Shown here one piece after another: positions 46,986 through 60,054 of a DNA stretch of 64,000 nt. This stretch comes from the human T2T-CHM13v2.0 reference genome, Homo sapiens. Where the stretch lies: assembly GCF_009914755.1 (NCBI RefSeq), contig NC_060928.1; one strand, written 5' to 3'. Positions within the stretch are counted from its first letter, which is position 1. Every line of letters starts with the position of its first letter. The notes beneath the pieces are model-generated. The model made no database searches and had not been told where the DNA came from. It worked only from the letters and a program-made list of their open reading frames with translations. Position numbers and translations under genes: made by a program.

Positions 46986-48500
46986 TAATTTGAATATTAA
47001 AAAAATCTGTTGATATGTTTCCTTGTTTTCAAATACATGCATTTAAGGGTACACATTACCATTGAAGCATGGCTCTAGTTGCCTTCTATATTTTATTGCA
47101 TATTCACATTGATAAAATATTTTCTAACATCCATTGTGATCTTGCTTTTATCCAATGGATTATTTTAAATAGTTTTCATAATTTCCAAATATTACATTTT
47201 CTAGATTTATTTTTGTAACTGATCTCTTAACTTAGGAATCATAGTCAGAGAATATATTCAATCCGGTTTTAATCCCTTGAAATTTTATGGGATCAGTTTG
47301 GGGTAAAAAAATAGGGTCATTTCAAAGAATTTCACTAGCACCTTAAAAGACCATGTATTCTGTAGTTATTGGATGCTTTACTCTATATACTTCAAATAGG
47401 TTAATTTTGCAAATCTTATTATTCAATTTTACATATCTCTACTATATTTTTGTTTGTTTTCTAAGTTAAAAAGAAAAATTCGTGCTTTTAAAAAATTTCC
47501 CATCAGGACTATGGATTATGTTTCTTTTTAATTCTCGCAGTGTTTGCTTCATGTATCTTGAGTCTACGCTTTTCCATGCATACTTACAATGGTCATATCT
47601 TCCTGTTCTTTTTTAACTTTTTATTATTGCGTCTTTACTTCCAGTAATGCTTTTTACTTCATAGCATACTTGTCTGATATTAATAAAAACAACAGCTTTA
47701 AGATATGCATTGTAGAGCCATCTTCAAATTTTACTTGCTTTTTTTTGTATTACCAGATTTCGAATGACTATTGTAAGTAGCACAAATTTGGGTTTACTTA
47801 TAGTAAATCTGATATGTTCACGTTTCATTGAACCCTATAGATCCTTTTCACTTGTTCACCATTGTATATGTGATTAAATCTAACAAATTAATAGTTAGTT
47901 TTCTACTTATTTCAACCCCTACTCCTCACTAATCTTTTCCCTTATCCTGTTTTGAAGTTAGGAATTTTAAGTATTGAATATTTCCTTCTGTTGGATGTTA
48001 CAGACCTTTTACAGCTTCTTCCAAATGTGACTATCCTAGAGATGACAACATGAATCTTTACATTATCAAGTCTAATATGTTATCTATGAAGAAAATGATT
48101 TCCACTTGAACCCTTAATGTCTCAACACACAATTACTTTCCTTTCTCACAGAAAACGCAATGGCCTTCAAACACTACCTCCATTTTTGCTTATTATGATT
48201 AACTCGTTACTTTGGTTATCTACTTATATTCAACATATTTTATTAATGTTTCATGCAACGCACTACCTCTCATTTTTTAATAGAATAATATTTAGATTTT
48301 GCCCATTTATGTATTCTTATTATTGTTCATCCTTTCTGCATCTCGATGCTTCCATGTAAGATTATTTTCATGATCTGAAGAACAAACACCCTTCTAATTA
48401 CCTTTATAGAATTTTCGTAGTTTCCAACTTTTTTACTCTTTGAAAAAAAAGAAAACTGTCTTTGTTTTACCACTATTCTTGACCTCATTCACATATTTAG
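46986..48500 (-). mobile_element. Old L1M remnant
   Basis: atgtattctgtagttattggatg, atagtcagagaatat and cttgtctgatattaat L1 motifs. Confidence 0.7.
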
Positions 48501-48985
48501 AATTTTGTGTTGGCTGTCACCTGGGCCTCACCTTCCACTTGGTCTGTCATCATTCAATATTCTTCCTGCACTCTTGGTGGAAGACTATTGCAAGGTGGCA
48601 TGACTATTGCAAGAACATGAGAATGGAAGCTAAAATTCGTCTTGAGGTTTAGACCCTAGAATATAACCAAGACCATTTCTGTCAGGCTCATTTCAGGTTC
48701 AGATGGGGAGGAATTCAATCTCTTGACTGAAGGATTAAAAAAAGAATACTATTGCATTTCTTCAGTCTATCATAGGTGGTGAAGTCCAAAGATCACCCAA
48801 ATTTGTTTAAATATAAGCTGGCGATGCAGTATAACTTTTTGTTACTCATTATGATCTTCAGTATTATGCACCCTATTACTGGATTACTTTTGTGATGGCT
48901 GCTATACAACATCAAATTGATTTTTCCTGTTCAGTCAATTTTTTAACTTCTTGGAGACCAATACAGAGTTCCCCAAAATACTTAC

Positions 48986-49117
48986 ATACACAGGGAGGCT
49001 CCAGGTCCCCCCACTGTACCCTGGGTCCCTTCTCGTCCTGCAGTGAGCCTCCTGAAATATTCCAAGTCCCGCCTGCCTCCTCCAGTGACAGGAAAGGCTA
49101 GCCGGGGACAACGCCAT
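48986..49117 (-). CDS. Candidate exon 1 coding part (MALSPASLSCHW…WSLPVY)
   Basis: ATG in ccaATGG context, 44 open codons, consensus donor TAT|GTAAGT at phase 0, in a GC-rich region. Confidence 0.4.
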
Positions 49118-49700
49118 TGGCTGCCTGAGCCTTGAGAAAGATGCACAAGTTCCCTCGGAGGCCCAGCAAACTCATGCTGGCCCGTAAGGCTCACGAGAGC
49201 GTCCTCGGCCCTCCATCGGTACCTAAAATTACTCTAAGTCCACTCAGCGAACCAGAGTCCTGGAACCGCTCTTGCCGTCCTGGAAAGATTGGAGAAAGCA
49301 TTACCGCCTGTCCAAGTGTCTTCACAATTTTCTACCTCAGCTCAAAGCCTAGAACTATTACTGTGAAAACTGAAGCGCAAGTCAGCCTGACTGACCCTTC
49401 GGAAGGCGTGAACAAGTTCCCTTGAGGACCCAGAAGCTTAGGGGGCTTGCCTGAAGACCCACGAAGGGAGTCCTTGGCACACCAGGGCCACCACAACATT
49501 ATCTAAGCCTACTGGGGGCCCAGGAACAACTCTTGCCATTCGAGAAAGGCTGGAGGAAGCATTAACACAAACTTAAGAGTCCTCAGAATTTTCTACCTCA
49601 GCTCAGAGCCGGAACCGCCATTACTGAAAACAGGCGCACCACGGACACCCTAGGCCCTGCACAGAGAGGGCGACCGGAACATAACTTTTGAGGAGGATAA
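49118..49700. promoter_or_regulatory. GC/CpG-enriched promoter-like region built from a diverged ~265-bp tandem duplication
   Basis: CpG retention relative to the flanks, CCGGAA cores at about 49609 and 49674, and an adjacent strong splice donor. Confidence 0.5.
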
Positions 49701-50864
49701 GATTTGCATTATAGAGTGGGATTCATATCCCAGCTGAGACCTTCGTAGCTGTATGATATTGGCAACTTTACTTTGCGTCTTTATTTTAAAATGCAAAGAA
49801 GATAATATTAGTGACTACCTCAAAGTTTGCCCCAAGGATCAAATGTAATGTTGATCCGAGGCAGAGTGGTGTCTGATATTAAAGACTTCATTAAAAATAG
49901 GTTTATTATGTGTTTCATGTGAAGTAAAGGACTCATTTCCAATACAAATACAAATAAACTAGTCATTTATTTCACATTAATTTTCCTTGTTATACTTTGA
50001 CTAAACTTTGGAATGCTTTTTCTCCTTTCTCTCATGTGCACAGTATTTTTGCGTACTAATTGCCATTCCAACCATTAAAATGAGATTATTCACGGCCATC
50101 ATTATTATTGCTGTGTTTTTTCCACACAATGTGTATGTGTCAATGATTTCCTCAAAATTATCTTTCCCTATTCACATTAATAAGCAGTAACACATTAAAT
50201 AAGCAGTAACTCACGTTTTTCTAGTTATTCATAATTGATCAGATAAAACATTTTTATTTATTTTAATTTCAAAATCTCCATTTCACAAAAAGCAACAGAT
50301 GTACGAATAGTTAGGAAATGTCTTAAACATAAGGATAATTTTCACTGACATTCATAAAAATTCAATTTTACCAATAGTAACTGCATATATAATGACTGGT
50401 AGAACATTTAATTTTTTCACTATTCATAACTGAATAGGTAAAGTTCAATACTTTTCCACCTAACCCCACAAAATATTCATGACTAAAGAGAAGAGGCTTA
50501 ATACTGTTCCAGATGCTTTCAAGGAGTTTATTTCTGTTTTAAATATTAGGCTTCCATGTGTATTTTACATTAAATAAAGTGTTTGATAACTAAAGAAATA
50601 AAAAGTTAGTTTAGAACATCCCAGTCTCATCAGAAAGAATGGTTACAATATAATTTTATATCAGATGAAAGATTAATCATGTTAAAACAGCCCAGAGGCA
50701 ATTATTTGTATTCTCTGTGCAGCCAGTTGAACTCTTTCTCTAGCTAACATTACTGCTAATATAATTTTCAAAATGGCTGTCTCTTGTGATGCCTAAACTT
50801 TTTACTTAGCTGAGTTCTATGCTGCCTGTAATATGGATATACACTCAAACAAATGAAAGATTTG

Positions 50865-52062
50865 AAAAATAACTTTATTAAGACATAATTTATACATCAT
50901 ATAATTCACCTATTTAGTACAATTCAAGGATGTTTTAAAATAAACTTTACTAATTGTGAAGCTACTGTAAATCAGTTTTAGAATATTTGCATTACCCATT
51001 ATGTCCTTCATGTCCATTTGCTGTGAATCCTGGTTCTACCTCTGCCCCTCACCTCAGGTAATCACTAATTCATTTTCTGTCTTTATAGCTTTGCCTTTTC
51101 TGGATATTTCAAATACATAAAATCATATAACAGTACTCTCATGTCTGGCTTCTTTCATGTAGCACGTTTTTGAGTTTCATTCTTGTTCTAGCATGTGTCA
51201 GTAGTCCATTCCTTTTTCTTGCTGGATAATATTCTATTGTATGGATATATCATATTTTGTCTACTATTAACTAGTTATGCACATCTGGATTGTTTCTAAT
51301 TTTTGGCTATTATGAATACTGCTCATAAGAATATTCATATATAAGTCTGTATGGATATAGGTTTTCATTTATCTTATGTAGACACATAAGAGTGGGATTG
51401 CTGGGAGTTATGGTATGGCTCTGTGTCCCCACCCAAATCTCATCTTGTAGCTCCCATAATTCCCATGTGTTGTGGGAGAGACCCTGTGGGAGATGATTGA
51501 ATCCTGGGGGCGGTTCTTTCCCGTGCTTAGCCCGTGCTGTTCTCCTGATAGTGAACGAGTCTCACAAGATCTGATGGTTTTAAAAATGGAAGTTTCTCTT
51601 CACAAGCTCTCTCTTTGCCTGCTGCCCTCCACGTAAGATGTGACTTGATCTTTTTCCCATCCGCCATGTTTGTGAGGCCTCCCTAATCATGTGGAACTAT
51701 AAGTCCAATAAACCTCTTTCTTTTATGAATTGCCCAGTTTTGGGTATGTCTTTATTAACAGCGTGAAAAACGGTCTAATACCACTGGGTCATATTGTGAA
51801 TTTATGTTTAACTATTGAAGAAACTGCCAAACTATTTTCCGAAGAGGCTGTACCATTTTACATCTCCAATAGCAATGTATAAGGATTCCCATTTCTTCAC
51901 TTCCTCACTGACCTTAGTTATTGAGTTCCTTTTATTGTTATTGATATTCTAGTATGTGTAAAAAAAGTATCTAATTATTTTGATTTGTATTTCCTTAATG
52001 ATTAGTAATGTTGGACATTGTTCATATTCTTACTAGCCGTTTAAATATCTTCCTTGGTGAAA
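50865..52062 (-). mobile_element. L1MB-type 3' UTR/ORF2 end (host for nested elements, resumes near 56070)
   Basis: aactttattaagacataatttatacatcatataattcacc…, gaagaaactgccaaactattttcc. Confidence 0.88.
51406..51783 (+). mobile_element. THE1B/C solo LTR
   Basis: ggctctgtgtccccacccaaatctcatcttgtagctcccataattccc, with 5-bp TSD ctggg. Confidence 0.92.
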
Positions 52063-52077
52063 TGTTGCAATAAAGAG

Positions 52078-52688
52078 TGTAAACCAGAAATAAAATTCTA
52101 AGCAACCCACCCCCTCTCCATCCCCAGCCATCTGAATGGGCTTCCTCCTTATCCAGGGCACTCCTAAAATTTAACATGAAAGACTGATTCAGGCCGTGAC
52201 GGAAAGTCGGGGTTGGACATGCCCCATTATACATTTTGGGCATTAACATCAACACAAACTTTAAGTCTGATAAATAACATTTTACAACCTATTCTCTCTA
52301 AAGCCTACTACCTGAAGGCTTACTCTGCAAATAAGAACTTTGGTCTTCACAGTCCTTTATCATAACCCAGACATTCCTTTCTATTGATCCTAGACTTCAG
52401 ATAAATTCAACCAATTGTCAACCAGAACATTTAAAAATCTATCTGTAAGCTGGAAGCCCCTGCTTTGAGTTGTCCCACCTTTCTGGACCAAACCAATGTA
52501 TTTCCTTAACGTATTTGATTAAAGTCTCATGCCTGCCTAAAATGTATAAAACCAAGCTGCACCCTGACCACCTTGGGCACATGTTGTCAGTATCTCCTGA
52601 GGGCTGCCTTATGGGCCATGGTCACTCATATTTGGTTCAGAATAAATCTTTTCAAATATTTTACAGAATTTAATCCTTTTCATCTACT
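52078..52688 (+). mobile_element. MER4-family solo LTR inserted in the 5' LTR of the ERVL provirus
   Basis: tgtaaaccagaaataaaattctaagc…aaaatgtataaaaccaagctgcaccctgaccaccttgggcacatg…, with TSD-like agag flanks. Confidence 0.88.
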
Positions 52689-53879
52689 AGAGTCTGGATC
52701 CTTGTGTGATGTTTGCCTGCTAACAGCTTTCAAGCCCTAGCACTACCCCTTCCCTTTCTGTCTCACATCTGAGAAAGCTGATAAGAAAGCCCTTCTTTGG
52801 TACCAATGGGAAGTTCAAACCATACAATTCTTTGCCTGTGTATGGGAATCCTTGCCATGCTCGCCACCTCAACCACTATAAAAACCAAGCCATTCTCCTT
52901 TCCTGTTATCTCAAGCCACTTTCAGATCAGCTTGGGAGGTCACATTGTTCTCCCTAAGAAAGTCTCATTATGTGAGTAACATATTTTTGATAGCCTTTTG
53001 ATGCATGTGCCGTTTATCAGTCTCAACACCCAAACAATATCTGGGGTTTATCCACTCTAGAGTAACTCCAACAATGGCACAGCCAGCAGGATGACGAACA
53101 CTACCACCATCAGGGATTTGTTTCTTACTTTAGTTAAAACCTTACTTGAGATTGGGTCCTTAAGCCCCATGAAACACGACTGTCATTTAGAAAGGCCCTG
53201 ATGATACTGATTTTAGAATTTCTGGAGGAAGAAATTTATGAGCCAGAGAAGAACACCTCTCTGAAGTATAGCAAGTAACTACTAAAAGTTAAAAATAAAA
53301 ACAAAACAAAACCTACATATAAGGAGGGAAACAAACAAAAACAAAAAACAAAAGCAGAGGTCCACAATTAGAAAAAAAAATTTCAAAATTTACTTTAAAA
53401 TCTATACAACAAAAGTAAATTGATTGGATTTGTGCCTCTGTGGCACAGGTTCTGAATTAACTTTAACACATTTTGAAATACACTAACTGGCAAATTTTCA
53501 TTACCTTAATCGAAGGGATCCAATTATATTTTACAGGGGGTTGCAAATAAACTTAAACAAGGTGTCCTATATATATAACTTATACTGGGTATAAAATAGA
53601 AAACAAACAACTAAGCTTCAAGTTAACCGTCAGATCCATCACCTAAATTCTCCATAGTCATATCACCCATTGTCCTAAAATATCTTATAGTGAACATGGA
53701 CATTCTTAATTAGTAATAAATTAAATCTTTGGCACATATAATTGGCTTGCAGAATGGGACCCCATGGCATACTTGTTTGGCTAAAATAGTTCTTCACAAT
53801 GTGAATTAAAACAGTGCCTTAAAGGACTGAAACCTATTATAAAAGATCTAAATCACCAGAGAACAATAAATCACCTATA

Positions 53880-54760
53880 ACTCACTAGAGAACTGGTAAT
53901 TATCCCATACTGCTCAATTTAACATACTAATTTGGCCTGTTTTTGTTGTTTTTATTTGTTTGTTTTAGAGATGAAGTCTTGCTATGTTGCCCAGGCTGGA
54001 CTCAAACTCCTGGACTCAAGGGATTCCCATGTGTCCGCCTCCTGAGTAGCTGAGACTTCTGGCTAACCTGTTCCTAATTTGGAAAGAATGAGTGGTGTCT
54101 TGTGGTCGATTTTACCATGTTGATGCTGTGGTCTCATTTGTTAAGGCCCCCATGTACAATATAACTAAAATTACTAATTCCATCAAATCAACAACTGGTA
54201 AATTATTTGCAGTCATAGATTGGTTAATATGTTCTGTTCAGTGCCTATTTCAACAGCCCTTTATCTGTTTATCCACTGGGTACCTCAACAGCCTTACTTT
54301 GCTAATGATTTTGGCAGACTAGATCTTAACCACATCCAAATTTCTCCAGTAATACAAGTATAACATTACATTGTTCATATTCTCCTCTGAGAAGATTCAC
54401 TGGACTCACTCATTCAAGACATATAAACATTCAAAAAAGAACTCATGAAAAGGAAATGGGCCATTTCCCCACATGTAGTCATAGACCCTGCCACCTCATT
54501 TAAATAGATGAAAGTTATTTGATAAGCGGAGAGTCATTTCATCTCTGGCAATGTCCAGAAACTTCTATTGGCCTTCTCACTACCTGTAAGTTAAAATAAG
54601 TTCAATAATTTTAGGTCTTTTTGAATTCTGCAGGCAACATATTCTGCATTTATTTAAGTTCAGTTATACTGTTACTCACAAATAGGCCCATCTTGAATGG
54701 TTCCCCCTGCAAGAAAAGGCTCTGAAATCTGTCCAAATTGCAACAGAACAGGCACTCTCA
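53880..54760 (+). pseudogene. ERVL pol (reverse transcriptase) remnant
   Basis: Frameshifted motifs FNILIWPV / EWCLVVDF / FAVID.VNMFCSV / GYLNS, matching ERVL RT (FNSPIWPV, WRMTVDY, AIDLANAFFS, GYINS). Confidence 0.7.
53940..54064 (-). mobile_element. Alu monomer (FLAM/AluJ-like)
   Basis: agagatgaagtcttgctatgttgcccaggctggactcaaactcctggactcaag, with cctgtt on both sides. Confidence 0.85.
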
Positions 54761-56086
54761 TTAGCGGCCTGCAGAGAATCCATTACTGCTGAGGCTTCCT
54801 AGAGTCTCTGGACCACTCATGAGGACTATAAGTTGTCCAATCTCATAAGCTTAAGACAAATGGTACTCTCAGGATAGAGCCACACTTGGGTTTTCTGGCA
54901 TAACCCCCTCTTGTCCTCATTCTCTTGTCAGATGCAAGAGTGATAGGGATGATTATCCACCTCCAGACCACTTGGCTACCTGGCAAGGCATTTGGGATCA
55001 ACCAAGTGAACAGAAAAGAGAGTTTGTATACTTTACAGATGGTGCCACCCCCATCACACATAATGGAGCTTGCCTTTTATTGTAGGTGGCACCATTCAAG
55101 GTGGGCCTGTGTGTGAGCAACAGTATAATTGAACTTAAATAAATCCAGAATATCTTGCCTACAGAATCCAAAAAAGATGTAATGGTTGTTTTTCAGCCCT
55201 TAATCAGGACATCTTTTATCAAAGATAGGATCTACAGGTTAGTACAATTTAGTGAGTTTTAAGCAGTCATCTTAGTACTGTGTGTCCTGGCCAATAGTTG
55301 TCCCCATCTATACAATTTTACAGATTCTTGGGTTATGGTCTGTTGCTCTATCCTGATTGATGACTGCAACAATTCCTTACCGAAAGTTGCACGTTTAGGG
55401 TAAAGAATTGTAGAGAAATTTGTTGCTTCACAAATACAGAAATATAAATCAAGGACACAAAAGCCACAGTACTAGATCTCATTACTATGTTTCTTATTCC
55501 CCTTAAAGTTCCAGACTATTATTGATAGTTACCAAGATACTTATTTCTCCTCTCAAAATATACAATTTACACAATTCTAGTTCTTGAACAATGCAATCAA
55601 TAGAACTTTCACCTCCCTTTCTGACCTTAGGCTATATGCCTTCTTTAAAGGGTCATATTGGCTTAATTAAATAAGGTCAAATTCAATTAAGTGAAACATG
55701 CCGTATTTTGTTCATTAGGCAAATATCAAGGGTAAATTAAATAAAGACTCTGACTCCATTTTTAATGTTTGGCTGCTTTTCACTGCTCATAGCTTTCATG
55801 CAAGCCCTATCATCCTGATCCTCTTCTGCCCCACATCTGGACAAATAGATGAAAGAGCTCACTGATCCCTGCCTGGGGAAGTCTAAACCACACAAGCCTT
55901 GTCTTTACATAGGACCCCTGTACCCTTATCTTCATGAAAGTCAAGCAAGTTTCTTTTCTCTACTCTTTCAAGCCATTTTCACACAGCTTGGGATCCTACA
56001 CTGTTCTTACCAGAAAATCTCATGGTGTGAGTATTAAACTTACTCATCTATCCGACTTCTGTGGGGCAATATTTGAATATATTGCC

Positions 56087-56648
56087 TGTCTTAGTCCATT
56101 GTGTGCTGTTTTCACAGAATACAGTTAGCCCTCTGTAACTTCAGGGGATTTATTCCAGGATCCCCTCAGATACCAAAATCCTAGGATACTCAAGTCCCAA
56201 AGTTGTACTTTCAAGAACCTGTGGATACAAAATGTCTGCCCTCCTTATTTGCAGGCTCCACATCCCATGAACACTGTTATTGTCCATCCATGGTTATTTG
56301 AACCTGTTGATGTGGAACTAGTGAATACAGACGGCATACTGCTCCACAGAATGGGTAACTTATACAGAACAGAAATTGATTTCCTCATAGTTTTAGAGCT
56401 GGGAAGTCCAAGATTGAGGGGATAATATATGGTACAGGTCTTTTTTACTGTGTCATCCCATGGCAAAAGGCTAAAGAGAAGAGACCAGGAGGGGAATGAA
56501 TTTGTCCTTTTATAAGGGAACTAATCCCACCCATGAGGGTGGAGCCCTAATGGCCTAATCTCTTCTTAAAGGTCCCACCCCTTAATAACTGTTACAATGG
56601 CAAGTAAATTTCAATATGAGTTTTGGAGGGGAAATTCAACCCTTAACA
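56087..56648 (-). mobile_element. MaLR LTR (MST-type)
   Basis: tgtcttagtccatt…aaatttcaatatgagttttggagggg…aca, with TSD ttgcc. Confidence 0.85.
56122..56341 (+). mobile_element. MER8-like Tigger MITE nested in the MST LTR
   Basis: cagttagccctc…ggggatttattccaggatcccc…gataccaaaatcc…actcaagtccc…actg. Confidence 0.8.
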
Positions 56649-56669
56649 TTGCCTATTTTTTAAAATTGG

Positions 56670-56962
56670 AGGCCGGGCGTGATGGCTCATGCCTGTAATC
56701 CCAGCACTTTGGGAGGTCTAGATGGGGGGATCACGAGATCAGGGGTTCAAGATCAGCCTGGCCAAGATGGTGAAACCCCATCTCTACTAAAAATACAAAG
56801 ATTAGCTGGGTGTGGTGGTGTGTGCCTGTAATCCCAGCTACTTGGGAGGCTGAGGCAGACAATTGCTTTAACCCGGGAGGCAGAGGTGGCAGTGAGCTGA
56901 GATCATGCCACTGCACTCCAGCCTGGGCAACAGAATGAGATGCCGTCTCAAAAAAAAAAAAA
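56670..56962 (+). mobile_element. AluS
   Basis: Full dimer with TSD aaaattgga. Confidence 0.95.
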
Positions 56963-57131
56963 AATTGGATTGTTTGCCTTATTATTGAGGTATAAGAGAT
57001 CTTTTGTAATGTTGGACACATATTTTGCAAAACTTTGTTACCAGTCTGTTGCATGATTTTTTTAAAATTTGTTTAAATGTCTTATCTTGAAGGGCAAAAA
57101 TTCTGCATTTTGATGAGATCCAATCTATCTC

Positions 57132-57132
57132 G

Positions 57133-57163
<31 letters not shown>
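57132..57163 (+). repeat. Interrupted (GT)n microsatellite
   Basis: Direct reading of the sequence. Confidence 0.95.
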
Positions 57164-58730
57164 CACACTTTTGGTGTTTTATCTGTGAAATATTTGCCTC
57201 AATCAAAATCTTGAAGTTTTTCTCTCATGTTATCTTCTAAAAATTTTACTACTTTCATGCATATATAAAAATTGACAACATATTTTGATGTAATTCCTGT
57301 GCATAGTGTGAGGCAATGGTCCAAGTTAATCTCTTTATATGTAGATCTACTTTTATTCACCCAGCAGTGGTTTTTAAAAAGGTTATTCTTTCTTCAGTGT
57401 ATTTCCTTTTCACTTTGGTTGATCATCATTTGGCTGTAAATATAAGGGTTTATTTCAAGACTGATAATTCCATTTCATTGATTATAAAACTATCCTATGT
57501 AAGTAGCATACCATCTTGATAACTGTAGCTTTATAGTAAATTTTGAAATGAGAAAGTGAAAGTCATCTCACTTTCAAAATTGTTTTGACTTTTATAAAAT
57601 CAACATAAATTTTATAATGATCTTGTCATGTAGGGAGCATACTGAATCTATACATCAATTTTGGGGAAACTATCATCTTAAAAATACCGTCTTTCAATGC
57701 ATGAAATGTGACATCATTCTATTTAATTAGATCTTTAATTTCAGCAAAGTTTTATAATTTTTCAGTGCACAAGTCTTATACTTCTTTTGCTAATTTTTTT
57801 CTAAGTATTTTATTCCTTTTGAAACTGCTATGTAAAGACTTCATTCTTGATTCTTTTTAAATTATTCCTTGTATGTAGAAATGCAATTGATCTTGACTTC
57901 TATAGTTCTGATATATTTGTTTGATGTATTTGTTCTTGTTACAATTTTTTGAGAATTTCATAGATTTTCCACATACAAAATTGTGTCCTCTGCAAATAAA
58001 GAGTTATACATTTTCCTTTCCAATTTGAATGCTCCTCTCTTGGTTTTTCTTGCCTGAATGCACTGACTAAAATCTCCTGTACAATATTTAAAGAAGTAAC
58101 GAGAGTCATCAATCTTACCTTGTTCACTTTCTTAGGGGGAAGCCCTTCATCATTTCACAATTAAGAATGGTGTTCTTATAGGTTTTTTTGTAGATGCTTT
58201 TATCAAGTTGAGGAGTATCCTTTTCATTCCAAGTACTTTCAAAATTTTACTATAAAATGGTCTTTGATTTTATCAATTCTTATTCTGTGTTTATTGAGAT
58301 GAGCATGTGTTTTTCCCTTTATTCTATTGATATGGTATATTACATTGATTTTCAATCAACATTGCATTGTTGGGATAAATTCAACTTGATCATCGTGAAT
58401 AAGTCTTTTCTAACTTCACTCCAGTGAAGTCATCTAGGACTGGAGTTTCTTTGTGGGAAGATTTCACAAGATGAATTAGATTTTGTTATTTGTTATAGGT
58501 ATATTTAGAATTTCTATTTCTTCTCAAATGTATTGTAGAAATATGTAGTTTTATAGATATGTTTCCATTTCATCTCAGGGGTCAAATGTGTTGGCGTAAA
58601 GTGGTTCACAGTATTTCCTTGTAATTCATTTAATTACTGAAGGGTTACTGGTAATATCTTTTATTTCTAATTTTAGCGATTTGTGCTTTATTTCTTGGTC
58701 AATAGAGGCAAAAGTTGTCAGTTTTGTTGA

Positions 58731-59568
58731 TGTAAAAGATACATTTTTTGTGCTCTTACAATACACAGTACTTATCTCTGATCACAAAAATGTGTGTGAG
58801 TGTTTCCCTACACATTAGCAATTCTCTAGCAGGCAACAACTGGGTGCTCTATAATTCAATTTAATGCTGAATTCTATCTACCTGGAGACAATGTCAGATA
58901 CAGCAGATAAAGGGCTCCATCCCACAAGACTGCCCCCTACTTCAGATACCAGTTGCAAGCGCTAGCTTGTCACCTATACTTCTGACTAACTGGATATACA
59001 TTGGGGTTCCTATGACCCCCTTCTTAAGTTTGATTAGTTTGCTAGAACAGCTCACAGAGCTCAGGGAAATGCTTATGGTTATTCATGTATTACAAATGAT
59101 ACAAATGAACAGCCAAATGGAAGAGATGAATAGGGTAAGATATGTGGAAAGAAGTGCAAAATTTCCATTCTTTTCTCGGTGCACAACCCTCCAGGTACCT
59201 CCATGTATTTTGCAACCAGAAAGCTCTTGAAACCCTATCCTTTCAGATTTTTACGGAGGCTTAATTGTATAGGCATCAACTCAACCTTCAGCCTCACTTC
59301 TCCCAGAAGGTGGGGTGGGACTGAAAGTTTTAATGACATAGTTCATTCTTCTGGCAACAAGTGCCCCCCAGCCAAACCTCCGTTCTCTGTCCCCACCACC
59401 CCTTCATCGACCACCATCATGAGGCTATATATAAACCCTAGCTATCATTCATCTCATTAGCACAGAAAAATATACTCATTGATTAAGAAAGTCCAGAGAT
59501 TTTAGAAATTGTGTATCAGGAACCAGGGTCAGAGAAAAAATATAAATTAATTATATGACAATATTATA
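58731..59568. mobile_element. MER21-family LTR
   Basis: tatctacctggaga…cccacaagactgcccc…ctagaacagctcacagagctcagggaa, with TSD gttga. Confidence 0.85.
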
Positions 59569-59761
59569 GTTGAACTTTTCAAAGAAACAACTTTTATTTT
59601 ACTTATTTTCTTCTATTTTTTAACTCTTTTCTATTTCATTGATTTTTTTACTCTAATCTTTATTATTTCCTTTCTTCTGTGTGCCTAGGGCATAATTTGC
59701 TCTTACTTCTCAAGTTTCTTGAGGCAAAAGTTTATATTATTGATTTGGAATCTTTATTATG

Positions 59762-60054
<293 letters not shown>

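Larger units (their letters stand above)
52063..56070 (+). mobile_element. Decayed, internally deleted ERVL-class provirus with two LTRs (about 52063-53073 and 55740-56070)
   Basis: Both ends share aataaaga(g/c)tctg…gctttca…agccct…cacatctg. ERVL-type RT remnants lie between them. Confidence 0.75.

Noticed and set aside
49132-49425. 97-aa plus-strand ORF in the duplicated promoter-like region
   Set aside because: Starts at TTG in the track, has no recognisable homology, and splice signals favour the minus strand.
50173-50211. 18-19 bp tandem duplication (cacattaataagcagtaa)
   Set aside because: Ordinary slippage duplication.
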